Shown: positions 9,494 through 18,842 of the stretch, piece after piece | How the letters are laid out: every line of letters begins with the position of its first letter | Position numbering within the stretch: the first letter of the stretch is position 1 | Assembly: GCA_038231135.1 (NCBI GenBank) | Contig: JBBRLX010000013.1 | Coordinates: 31,127-95,126 of the forward strand | Reading direction: 5' to 3' | Source: Candidatus Eiseniibacteriota bacterium | GTDB lineage: Bacteria > Eisenbacteria > RBG-16-71-46 | DNA length: 64,000 bases | The notes under the pieces: model-generated | What the model was told of the DNA's origin: nothing | The model's database searches: none | What the model saw: only the letters and a program-made list of their open reading frames with translations | Made by a program: the position numbers and the translations under genes

Positions 9494-10864
9494 CTAGGGT
9501 TTCGGCGGCTGTCCGGCCGCCTGCAGCGCACGCCAGTCCTTGAGCCCGCCCGGCACCACGGCCGTGCCCTTCGCGATGCGGTCGTTCCACGATTCGAACG
9601 GCGCGGTCGTGATGTCCTTCATCGTGATGCACGTCGGCACCGGGCACACCGACGCGCACAGGTTGCAGCCGATGCATTCGGTCTCGTCGACCCACACCGT
9701 GTGAGCTCCGGTGGCATGGGCGGTGGCGATCGCGGCGTCGCGCGTCGGCGCCTTGTGGCCGGACGCGAGCGGATCGTCCACGTTGTGGATGCAATGAACC
9801 GCCGTGTCGCGGCACGCGATGTAGCACAGGTTGCAGCCGATGCACTTCGACGGATCGACGTGCGCGACGACCTTGTAGTTGAGGTCGAGCTCGCCCCAGT
9901 CGGCATACGCCGGAACGGCGGCGCGGTGCAACTGCTTCACCGACGTCATGCCCTTCTCGTCGAGATAGTTCGACAGTCCGTCGATCATGTCCTCGACGAT
10001 CCGGAATCCGTAGTGCATCGCCGCGGTGCACACCTGGACGCTGGTGGAGCCGAGCGCGATGAACTCCGCCGCGTCCCGCCACGTCGCGATGCCGCCGATG
10101 CCCGAGATCGGGATCGTCACGCGCGGGTCACGCGCCAGCGCCGCCACCATGTGCAGCGCGATCGGCTTCACCGCGGGGCCGCAATACCCGCCGTTCGTCG
10201 ACTTCCCGCCGACGACCGGGTACGGCACCATCTTGTCGAGATCGACGCCGACGATGCTCTTGATCGTGTTGATGAGCGACAGGCCGTGCGCGCCGGCTTC
10301 GACCGCCGCGATGCCGGGCTCGAGGATGTCGCCGATGTTGGGCGTGAGCTTGATCAGCACGGGAATCTTCGAGTACTGCACCGCCCAGCCCGCGACCACC
10401 TTGAGCACTTCCGGTTCCTGCCCCACCGCCGAGCCCATGCCGCGTTCGCACATGCCGTGCGGGCAGCCGAAGTTGAGCTCGAGACCGTCGCAACCGGTAT
10501 CGACCGCCGCCTTGATGATGTCCTGCCAGTCCTGCTGTGACTCGACCATCAGCGACACGATCACCGCGTGCTTCGGGTACTTCTTCTTCACCGCCGTGAT
10601 CTCGCGCAGGTTCACCTCGAGCGGCCGGTCGGTGATCAGCTCGATGTTGTTGAACCCGACCATGCGCTGGCCGCCCACGTCGATCGAGCCGAACCGGCTG
10701 CTGGTGTCGACGATCGGGTCGCCGAGCGTCTTCCACACCGCGCCCCCCCAGCCGTAGTCGAACGCGCGCATGATCTGCTCGCCGCTGTTCGTGGGCGGAG
10801 CGCTGGCGAGCCAGAACGGATTCGGGCTGCGAATCCCGGCGAAATCGATGGACAGGTCGGCCAT
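9494..10864 (-). CDS. preA: NAD-dependent dihydropyrimidine dehydrogenase subunit PreA
   Basis: NPFWLASAPPT, GWGGAVWKT, ELNFGCPHGMCERGMG, KLTPN, GGYCGPAVKPIAL, two C-terminal 4Fe-4S motifs (CIGCNLC). Confidence 0.95.
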   Translation of the reverse strand: MADLSIDFAGIRSPNPFWLASAPPTNSGEQIMRAFDYGWGGAVWKTLGDPIVDTSSRFGSIDVGGQRMVGFNNIELITDRPLEVNLREITAVKKKYPKHAVIVSLMVESQQDWQDIIKAAVDTGCDGLELNFGCPHGMCERGMGSAVGQEPEVLKVVAGWAVQYSKIPVLIKLTPNIGDILEPGIAAVEAGAHGLSLINTIKSIVGVDLDKMVPYPVVGGKSTNGGYCGPAVKPIALHMVAALARDPRVTIPISGIGGIATWRDAAEFIALGSTSVQVCTAAMHYGFRIVEDMIDGLSNYLDEKGMTSVKQLHRAAVPAYADWGELDLNYKVVAHVDPSKCIGCNLCYIACRDTAVHCIHNVDDPLASGHKAPTRDAAIATAHATGAHTVWVDETECIGCNLCASVCPVPTCITMKDITTAPFESWNDRIAKGTAVVPGGLKDWRALQAAGQPPKP

Positions 10865-11054
10865 GGCAGGAGCCTCGGAACGATTCGCGGCGCGCTCACG
10901 GGCGGGAATTCGCGGCTCACGGGCCTGCGATGACAGGCGGCGATAGTAGCATGGGGCGGCGCGGGGTTCGAAGGAATGGCGTCATGCAGGCGCCCAGGCA
11001 ATCCGCGGTGCGCAGCCCGCCGAAATTGCCGGCCACGCACACCGCGGCGGCCCG

Positions 11055-11783
11055 TCACCGGTATCTCATCCTGAGCGCGCCCCATGACGCCGCTCGCACC
11101 GGCACCGCGCACGAGCCGCCCGTGGCATACATCACCGGCAGGCCCGGCAACAGCACGGCGCACAGCTCCTGCGTTCCCGCCACCGAGATGTTCCAGCTCG
11201 AGCAGTTGGTGCACAAGGCCTCGGTGATCAGTTCCGGGCGCGAGCCGTTACCGGCGCAACTGTCGCCGAACGAGGTGAAATTCACGCACAGGAACGCCTG
11301 GCCGAGAAACCGCACCGACTTCGACAGATGGAGCGTGAACTCATGAGGACCAGACACGACGCCGGCGAGCGTGAACACCTCCGGTGCCATCAGCGACGCC
11401 AGCGTATCCGGCGACCGGCAGGCCGAATCCCCCATCACGGCCACCACGGAGATTTCGACCGGCTGATCGCACGGATGCGCAACGTCCAGTGCCACGTGCA
11501 CGTCCTGGAAGGTCGCGCTATCCGGAGCGGGACACGTCGCGCACTCGAGCAGCGTGTAGTAGCGGTCGTTGGGCGGCAGCAGGTAATCCGCGCGATACAC
11601 GCCGGGCCCTGCCGCACCCATGGTGCATGCGGTCGACGATGGCGTGGGGGAACCCCCGATCCTGTACCAGGGTCCCGCCGGCAGCGGATGGACGACGGGC
11701 GGCGGTTTGGAGGGGGCTGCGAGCGCACTGCCGATCCCGAGGAGACATAGGAACAGACAGATACCGGGTATCCAGCGAGTCAC
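11055..11783 (-). CDS. Cys-rich secreted hypothetical protein with C-terminal 'VPVRAASWGALRMRYR' tail
   Basis: GTG start at 11783 followed by signal peptide (TRWIPGICLFLCLLGIGSALA); terminal SWG..R..YR motif. Confidence 0.7.
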   Translation of the reverse strand: MTRWIPGICLFLCLLGIGSALAAPSKPPPVVHPLPAGPWYRIGGSPTPSSTACTMGAAGPGVYRADYLLPPNDRYYTLLECATCPAPDSATFQDVHVALDVAHPCDQPVEISVVAVMGDSACRSPDTLASLMAPEVFTLAGVVSGPHEFTLHLSKSVRFLGQAFLCVNFTSFGDSCAGNGSRPELITEALCTNCSSWNISVAGTQELCAVLLPGLPVMYATGGSCAVPVRAASWGALRMRYR

Positions 11784-11955
11784 GGGAACCTCGGAAACGG
11801 CATGGGGGTGAGGCCCGGTCGTGCGCCCGGCGCGGGTTTCCACTTCATATCCGCGCACGGTCGGAGCATACTGGGCGCCGGAGACATGGGCAATCTCCTT
11901 CTCGACACCGGCCGGGCAATCCTGCGGTGAATGTTCCGCAATGAGGTGTGCAAGG

Positions 11956-14265
11956 ATGTCGCTGCGCCGCCTGGCTCTGCTCTCCTTCGCAATAGTATTG
12001 GTGCTGCTGGGTGGTTGCGCCCGGAAGTTGCGCCAGATCCTGGAGCCCAACCAGGCTCCTGCCGTCCGATTCGAACTGCCGCGCGTGGTGACGAAGTCCG
12101 CCCAGTCTCGAACCTACGAGGTTCGCTGGAAGGGGCTGGACCCGGACGGGCATGTCGACCACTACCTCGTTGCGATCGACCCGCCGTCTTCGGATCCAGC
12201 CTCGATCGCGTGGATGGCAACGGATCGGACATCGCAGCAGGTGGTGGTGGCGGAGCACATCGACGGCGGCCATTCCCAGATCCGCCGGCTCGTGGTTCGC
12301 GCCGTGGACGACCTCGGCGCCATGTCACCCGTTGCCTTGACCAAGCTGAATCCCGACAACGTGCCGCCCAGTGTGCGGATCACATGCCCGCTTGTGAATG
12401 CGTATCGGGATCAGTTCGGAAGACTCGTCTATGGCACGGCCTACTTCCCCGGAGCCGTGCGCGTCGAGTGGCAGGGCGACGATTCGGATGGCACCGGTAC
12501 GCACCGTCCCACGCTCTACAAGTATATCCTGCTCGGCCCGGACACCGAGTTCCCGCCTCTACTGGCGATCAGCAACCCGGATTCGTTCTACAACTACTAC
12601 GCCCATCATCCGTCAGGTCCGTGGACCGGTTGGACGGATCGCGCGCCCGATTCGACATTCGTCACCCTCAGGAATCTGGCCAGTGGTCGTCACCTGTTCG
12701 CCGTGATCGCGTTCGACGAACAGGGCGAGGATTCCCATGTGCCATCTCTTGCGATCAATATGCTGTCGATCGTTTCATCGAACACGGGGACCCTCAATCC
12801 GCGCTTCAGGGTATTTGCCGAAGATATGGAATATGGACGACCCAACGGCCTATCGCCCGCAGTGTTTCGCGTTCAAGTGCCGGAGTTCACTTCGATACGC
12901 TGGCATGTCGAACCCGATTTCGAAACCTGTGACCTGATGAACCAGTATCGATGGGTGCTCGACCCGGCGGCCGTCGATGATTTCACTCCGCGCTCGGGCG
13001 TGAACGACATCCATCACTGGAGCGCGTGGAGCCAGGCGGATACTCTGGCGCGATTGGGTCCGTTCCAGGCGCCGCTGCCGCCCAAGCGCGATGTTCACCT
13101 GCTCTACGTCGAAGGCGATGACGGTCTGGCCCGCAGTCGCGCGATTATCTCGCTGATTGTCGTCCCCCCGACCTTCACAAAGGATGTGCTGATCGTCGAC
13201 GATACTCGGCTGCGTCCGGACTTCGTCGTGGGCGGAGCACTGCAACCTCCCTCCGGTCCATGGCCGACGGCCGCCGAATTGGACACGTTCCTGTATGCGC
13301 GCGGCGGCGTGACGTGGCAGGGACACCTGGAAGGCACTGTCAGCCTGCCCGGGATGTTCCACGGCTACTCCTGCGACACGCTCGGCACCCGCGGACTCGG
13401 ATTTGCCGTGGTCCCGCTTTCGACGCTGCTGCAATACCGCCGCGTGATCTGGATCGCCGATGGGTTGTCTGCGGCACTCGTCAAGCCGCCCAACGATCCC
13501 GTGGCCCCCGAGACCTGGCTCCGGTTCATGGGTGGACACGGCCCGATGGTGCTCGCCACCTACGTCCGCCTCGGCGGAAAGCTGTGGCTCATGGGCGGCG
13601 GGGCCGCGTATGCCATTTCGGACCCGGTCAACGATCCTAGCAACGACGTTCCGACGAAGACCTATTCCTCTGCGAGCCCTCGCAATGAGCTCGGACCGGG
13701 CCGGTTCATGTACGACATCGCCAAGTGGCAGTCTGAGTATCGCATCGCACGGCCGGCTCCCAGGTTTGCGCGCGCCCGCGGACGCTTCGCGGGGACGGCC
13801 ACTTATTCGCAGTTGCCCGCCGCTCTGCACCCGAAGTCGCCGATCACGGATCTCGTCGCACTGGAAGCTCCCGGTCGCAATCCCGCGGACTTCTATCAGA
13901 CTGTGGAATCCGTCGAGTTCCTGCAGAAGCCGAATCCGGTCGTGGAAGACGTGGGCGGTCCCGTATCGACGCTCGACACGCTGTTCCGGGTTTCCGCACC
14001 CACGCTGCCCGATTCCGGTGAAGGCAATACGGGCGTGGACCTCGAACGCAATCCGGAATACCCGGTCATGACATACGCTCACGGACCATCATTGATGGGC
14101 GGCTCGATGGTGACCACCGGCTTCCCGATCTGGTTTCTGCAGCGCGGGGAATGCCGTCAGATCGTGGACTTCGTGATGCATGACCTGTGGGGGCTGAATC
14201 GGGCGGCAGTGCCGGCCGCGGCGGCCGCGCGGCGGGGCGCAATGACTCGATCCTTGAACCGGTGA
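11956..14265 (+). CDS. Large lipoprotein of unknown function with Ig/FN3-like domains
   Basis: Lipobox LVLLGGC after a basic/hydrophobic signal; 'VRWKGLDPDG..VRAVDDLG' and 'VEWQGDDSDG..FAVIAFDEQG' beta-sandwich repeats. Confidence 0.75.
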   Translation: MSLRRLALLSFAIVLVLLGGCARKLRQILEPNQAPAVRFELPRVVTKSAQSRTYEVRWKGLDPDGHVDHYLVAIDPPSSDPASIAWMATDRTSQQVVVAEHIDGGHSQIRRLVVRAVDDLGAMSPVALTKLNPDNVPPSVRITCPLVNAYRDQFGRLVYGTAYFPGAVRVEWQGDDSDGTGTHRPTLYKYILLGPDTEFPPLLAISNPDSFYNYYAHHPSGPWTGWTDRAPDSTFVTLRNLASGRHLFAVIAFDEQGEDSHVPSLAINMLSIVSSNTGTLNPRFRVFAEDMEYGRPNGLSPAVFRVQVPEFTSIRWHVEPDFETCDLMNQYRWVLDPAAVDDFTPRSGVNDIHHWSAWSQADTLARLGPFQAPLPPKRDVHLLYVEGDDGLARSRAIISLIVVPPTFTKDVLIVDDTRLRPDFVVGGALQPPSGPWPTAAELDTFLYARGGVTWQGHLEGTVSLPGMFHGYSCDTLGTRGLGFAVVPLSTLLQYRRVIWIADGLSAALVKPPNDPVAPETWLRFMGGHGPMVLATYVRLGGKLWLMGGGAAYAISDPVNDPSNDVPTKTYSSASPRNELGPGRFMYDIAKWQSEYRIARPAPRFARARGRFAGTATYSQLPAALHPKSPITDLVALEAPGRNPADFYQTVESVEFLQKPNPVVEDVGGPVSTLDTLFRVSAPTLPDSGEGNTGVDLERNPEYPVMTYAHGPSLMGGSMVTTGFPIWFLQRGECRQIVDFVMHDLWGLNRAAVPAAAAARRGAMTRSLNR

Positions 14266-14292
14266 ATCAAGTCTCCTGACCTTGTGCCGGAA

Positions 14293-14475
14293 TCAGGGTG
14301 TGAGCACGACCCGGCGGGTGATGGTCGAGGGGCCGCATCGAAACCGTACAAAATAAAAGCCCGCTCGATCATTCGGCCCCGGCGTCCACGTCGCCTCGAA
14401 CTCGCCCGGATCCCGGTCGCCCTGATACAGCGTCGCGATCTGGCGGCCGATGATGTCGAATAATACGAGACGCGA
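14293..14475 (-). pseudogene. Remnant C-terminal FlgD-Ig/Por-type sorting domain
   Basis: 'RLVLFDIIGRQIATLYQGDRDPGEFEATW..AGFYFVRF..TITRRVVLTP' matches the C-termini of other secreted proteins in this window; upstream frame reads as non-coding with no credible start. Confidence 0.6.
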
Positions 14476-15133
14476 ACGCCGGCGGCCGCCTGAGCCGTCC
14501 GCTCGCACCCCAAGGTGAACACGGAGGGAAGGAGTTGGCCGCCGGCGGGAAGTCGGCACCCGCGGGCCCGACCTTCCGCGCCGGTGTGCCCAAGGGTGTC
14601 GGAGGCTGTGGGCGGGGCCGCTTGTCCCTGAGCCCGGCCGAACGCGAAAGCGTGAGCTCGAGCCGCTGCTCGAGCGAGAACGCGCCACGCGGAGGTCGGC
14701 TCAGGGGGCGCCGTCCACCAGGCCCGACCCCGCCGTCCGTCAAGGTGGAGGCCCGCAGGCACTACCTTGGACGGGAACTGCAGGCTCCGTGGTAGCCTTC
14801 CCAGACCTACGAGCGGAAGGCCCAACTCGTTCCGGCCAGCCGCTCCGAAGGGAGTCGGCGGCCGAGGGAAAGTCTGCGCCGCGCCCGGGCGCGGTGACCG
14901 TTCCCGTGAATTGGAGAAAGCGACACGGGGCGGCCCGAATCGGACATGGCGCGGGTCGGTGTCACCCTCCGTCTGTCCATCCGTGGACGCTTGGTGACGG
15001 TTGGTGGGCACGGCTGCGATGCAAGTCGCTGTGGGACCCCAGCCGCGTCCTGGCGTACAATTTGCGTCGAGGGGCGTGACGTCGCCGGCCCCAATAGCAG
15101 TCAGTGTTCATCCGCTCAGGGGTGATTCCGTCT

Positions 15134-16438
15134 ATGAAACCTTGGACCGCTTCGTACTTTCTCGTCGCTACGTCACTGCTTCTGGTCTCGATCGTCGCGC
15201 ATCCCGCGTCGGCCGCGGCCACCGGTGACCTGGTCTGGTCGCTGCAGGTGAGCGGCGACCGTGCGCAGCTTGTGGTGAACAAGTTTGCCCAGTCGTCGGG
15301 GGCGTTCCCGACGCCCTTGCGCAACATCCGCGTCTCGCGTCTTCAGCCCCGGAACACGGGAACCGGCGAAGGCCGCATCCTGTCCCTTGATGGCTACCTG
15401 TCGCCGCTGGAGGTCACCGAGAACGGCGAGATCACGGCCGGCGCGAGCGTACCCCAGAGCGTGCCCTTGTCGTTCGTCCCCACGCGACTGGTTTCCGGCG
15501 GTGGGGCCTTCCTCATGCCCAAGATGCCGGAGCGAATGAGACCGCTGGCAATTCCCGCGACGTTCCGGGCACGCTACGAGGTGTCGATTCCCGCTCTCGT
15601 GGATTCCGCCGATCGCCTCGACCTATGGACCGTCTCGCCGGACAAGAGCGTGGCCGTGGTCAACACGGGTCGCTCGACACGGCTCATCAACATGGCCACC
15701 GCGGCCGCGACCGATATGCCCGAGGGACCGCTGGGTGGGGTGTGTTTCGCCCCACGCGCCACAATCTTTGCCGCGGCAGCGATCTCGGGTCCCAGGCCAC
15801 GGATGGGCGGACCGGCCCTGGCCTATTGCGTGACGGTCAGGAACTGGCGGACCGGGCAATCCTTGAAGAGCGAGCCGGCCGGCGGGGTCAGCAAGTTGGC
15901 ATTCCTGCCGTCCCGCGACTATGTCGTGTTCACGCGGCACAACGGCGGTAGGCCCGCCGAAACGGTGGCGATGAGCACGACGACTGGAGTGTCGACGATC
16001 CTGCCGGGTATCCCCGACGGGGATCGCTACTACTCCGCCACCGACGGATTGCACATGTTGGTCGTGAAACCCGTGCTCACGCGGGGAAACGAGGAGCTCG
16101 GCTATGGCAGGGCCTCGTACTACGACATCACGGACCTCGGCAGTCCGAAGCTGCTCGCGGAGTACGACGCCAGCGACTTGATCCTGTCGGGAGCGGTGAG
16201 TGACGACGGAAAGCTGGTGGCCCTGCAGGTGCTCGAGAACGGCGACGCCACGCGGCTCACGAGACGGGTGGTCGTTTTGGATCAGGACCTGCACGTGGTG
16301 TTCGAGCCCGTCCGGCGCTCTCCGGACCGAGGGGTCCAGTTCGCGGGACGGTACCTGTTCACGGGCATCCAGGGGAACACGGTCGAGTTGATCGCGGCGA
16401 GGCCTACGTCGATTAGCGCCTTTGACTTCAACCGGTAA
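15134..16438 (+). CDS. Secreted hypothetical protein, probably beta-propeller (WD40/TolB-like)
   Basis: Signal peptide MKPWTASYFLVATSLLLVSIVAHPASA; repeats 'VSPDKS', 'FAPRAT', 'FLPSRD', 'ATDGLH', 'VSDDGKLVA'. Confidence 0.6.
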   Translation: MKPWTASYFLVATSLLLVSIVAHPASAAATGDLVWSLQVSGDRAQLVVNKFAQSSGAFPTPLRNIRVSRLQPRNTGTGEGRILSLDGYLSPLEVTENGEITAGASVPQSVPLSFVPTRLVSGGGAFLMPKMPERMRPLAIPATFRARYEVSIPALVDSADRLDLWTVSPDKSVAVVNTGRSTRLINMATAAATDMPEGPLGGVCFAPRATIFAAAAISGPRPRMGGPALAYCVTVRNWRTGQSLKSEPAGGVSKLAFLPSRDYVVFTRHNGGRPAETVAMSTTTGVSTILPGIPDGDRYYSATDGLHMLVVKPVLTRGNEELGYGRASYYDITDLGSPKLLAEYDASDLILSGAVSDDGKLVALQVLENGDATRLTRRVVVLDQDLHVVFEPVRRSPDRGVQFAGRYLFTGIQGNTVELIAARPTSISAFDFNR

Positions 16439-16449
16439 AGGAGCGGGCC

Positions 16450-17925
16450 GTGATCAAGACTGCTCTCTCTGGCGTTCTTACCTTGGTCTGCCTCTCCGGC
16501 GCCCCCGCGAGGGCGCAGCAGGTGTTTCCAGGCAATCCGCTCCCGAACACGACGAATCCGGCGGTGATCAACAAGTTCATGCAACTGGATGTCGTCGACG
16601 CCGGCAACCTGCATCCCGCCGTCGACATCACGGCGAACACCGGGGACGTCGTTCGCGTCCCCCTGGCCGCGGGGAAGACCGGCATCGTTCAGTCTGTGGA
16701 GTCCGACGGGATCGCCATCAGCGCCACGGACCAGCAGAATGGGCAGTACGCGCTGATCCACCTGATCCACGTGGTTCCCAACCCGTCCCTGTCGGTCGGG
16801 ACGCCCGTGACGTCCTCGACGCAGGCCGGCACGATCATCAGCGGGCCAGGTCACCTGCACCTGACGCTCTATTTGTCCTCCGCCTTTTCGTGGGGAGGGG
16901 AGGACATCGTGAATCCCGAGATCTTCGACTTCTCGGGGAGCTGGAAGACCGACACATACTACCCGGAGATCGATACCCGGACGGACTACATCCTCCAGCC
17001 GCCCGGACAGATGACCTACTGGTGGGTCTTCGCTCATGACCAGGAGAACGCCGACCCGAGATACCTCAACGGCATCTGGGCGTTGAGCCTGGAGATCGAC
17101 GGCGTCGAGGTGGACGGTTTCGCGTTCGACAAGTTCCTCGGCAAGTCGGGGTTCTATCCGCCCACCGCGTCGGAGTACTACTACTGCACGGCGCCGTCCT
17201 GCATTCCACCGACGTCGGGATTCAACAATCCGAGCGTGCTCGAGTACAAGCTGGGATGGCTCACCCAGGGGGGAAGGCATCTGTGGCAGATCAAGGCGTG
17301 GGACACCGTCGACAACCGCGCGGTATACCCGGATCTCCCAACCGGGGCCCTCGCGAGCATGGGGGGCGAAATCCTGGACGACGGGACCGTCCGGCTCACG
17401 TGGTACCTGATCTCGGCGGACGGAGCGAGCAGCTTCGACGTCCTCCAGGCCCCTCAGGAGATCGGTCCGTACGAGAAGGCCAATACCGATCCGATCGCGG
17501 TCCTGGGGGACCAACAGACCTACCAGTTCCTGTCGAAGATTCCTGAGGGTTGGGCGACCGTCTGGTACCGGCTCATGGAGAACCATGCGGATGGCACGAG
17601 CGTCCAGATGACAGAGACGAGCGTGAAAGCGCCTCCGTTGATCGAGACGGTCCAAGTGGTCCCGAACCCGAGCGACGGCATCGTCACGGTCCAGGCGTCG
17701 CTGGCGCGGACCGACATCGGCAGGGTGGCCATCTACGATCCCAGCGGTCGCAGGGTGAAGCTCCTGTACTCCGGCGCGCTGGCGCGAGGCACGCAGCGGT
17801 GGACCTGGGATGCGACGGACAGCGACGGCAATCGCGTCAGCCCCGGGAACTACTTCCTCGTCATCGACGCCTCGCAAGCTGGCGAACGCGTCGTTCACCG
17901 GGCCAAGGTCGCGGTAGTTCGCTGA
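16450..17925 (+). CDS. Secreted M23-like metallopeptidase with C-terminal FlgD-Ig/Por-type domain
   Basis: Signal peptide; M23-like ligands HPAVD (HxxxD), 'LIHL', GHLHL (HxH); C-terminus 'VVPNPS..IYDPSGRRVK..WDATDSDGNRVSPGNYF'; AAGGAG RBS upstream. Confidence 0.65.
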   Translation: MIKTALSGVLTLVCLSGAPARAQQVFPGNPLPNTTNPAVINKFMQLDVVDAGNLHPAVDITANTGDVVRVPLAAGKTGIVQSVESDGIAISATDQQNGQYALIHLIHVVPNPSLSVGTPVTSSTQAGTIISGPGHLHLTLYLSSAFSWGGEDIVNPEIFDFSGSWKTDTYYPEIDTRTDYILQPPGQMTYWWVFAHDQENADPRYLNGIWALSLEIDGVEVDGFAFDKFLGKSGFYPPTASEYYYCTAPSCIPPTSGFNNPSVLEYKLGWLTQGGRHLWQIKAWDTVDNRAVYPDLPTGALASMGGEILDDGTVRLTWYLISADGASSFDVLQAPQEIGPYEKANTDPIAVLGDQQTYQFLSKIPEGWATVWYRLMENHADGTSVQMTETSVKAPPLIETVQVVPNPSDGIVTVQASLARTDIGRVAIYDPSGRRVKLLYSGALARGTQRWTWDATDSDGNRVSPGNYFLVIDASQAGERVVHRAKVAVVR

Positions 17926-18182
17926 AACGCAGGAGCGGTCTCCGTGGCAGGCCCCTTGCCCAGCCTCACGAGCGGAAGGCCACCTCAACGCATCCTCGCT
18001 CGCCTCAGCGCGCATCCCGATTTCTGTCTCGCCGGCCACCACGGCCGGCCGTATGCTCGATCTCGGCGATTCGGACTTCCCTCGAGGAGCCCCGCGAGGA
18101 TTAACCCGGACACCCGTCCACTCCCCGGACCCGCGGACAACCCTGGCAACGCAGCCCGGGGGTGGCGGCAAAAATTTCCTGA

Positions 18183-18765
18183 GCGGCCCGCTCTGCCCGC
18201 GGGCCGTTTCCGCTGTATCGCGCGCGCACCGTCCGTGCCCGAAATGATTCGCGAGGGGTCAGGGCCCCCGAGCGACAGGCCCACAGGGCCGTCCATTTCG
18301 TGGCGCCGGACAGCTTCGGTTTCAGGTCGGCGGCCGGCTTGCGAGCCGGACGACGATCCCAAGACGGGCCGCCCTTCAAGGCGGCACGGCGCAGCCTGAG
18401 TGTGGCCCGGTGATGAAAGACGTATCTCATCACCGGGCCACACTCAGGTGGAAGCGAAGCTGTCCGGCGCCGTAGCCGAGACAGAACGCTGAACAGACGC
18501 AGGTGAAACACGCGTCGTAACTGCAAACCATTGGGACGATGGTTTGCAGTTGTTCCGAGCCCGGCCGGGACGTGCCAGCGGCACGTATCGGCCGGGCGAT
18601 GGGCGGTCTGGCTCGGCGGAGTGCGACGGACGGTGTGCGCGCAAGCCAAGGGTGAAGGCCGGGCGCATGCCGGCCGAGGGGGCGGGGGACTGACGCCCCC
18701 TGCTCCTGCGTGCCGGACCATCTGGCCGACCGCGGACGGTCGGCGGGTGTCGAATTTACGACAGC
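18183..18765. ncRNA. Candidate large structured ncRNA or structured DNA element
   Basis: Perfect inverted repeats of 22 bp (18395-18416/18427-18448), 17 bp (18302-18318/18455-18471) and 13 bp (18519-18531/18539-18551), plus several 7-9 bp stems; no credible CDS. Confidence 0.4.
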
Positions 18766-18842
18766 ACGGCCGCAGGCGATCTCAAGCTTCCGAAGCCCCG
18801 CGCTCAATCACTTGACGGCCTTCTCCACAGGCGGCCCAAGAC

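Noticed and set aside
18155..18250. Resemblance to a phage cos region (GGGGG..AAAAATTT..CGCGCGCG..CGAAAT)
   Set aside because: Only a loose impression; no terminase or HNH gene adjacent, so not called as a feature
18183..18765. Group II intron, integron attC or CRISPR interpretation of the palindromic region
   Set aside because: GTGCG occurs at ~18621 but no domain V/VI motif or RT is seen; no RYYYAAC..GTTRRRY pair with attC geometry; no repeat-spacer periodicity or cas genes
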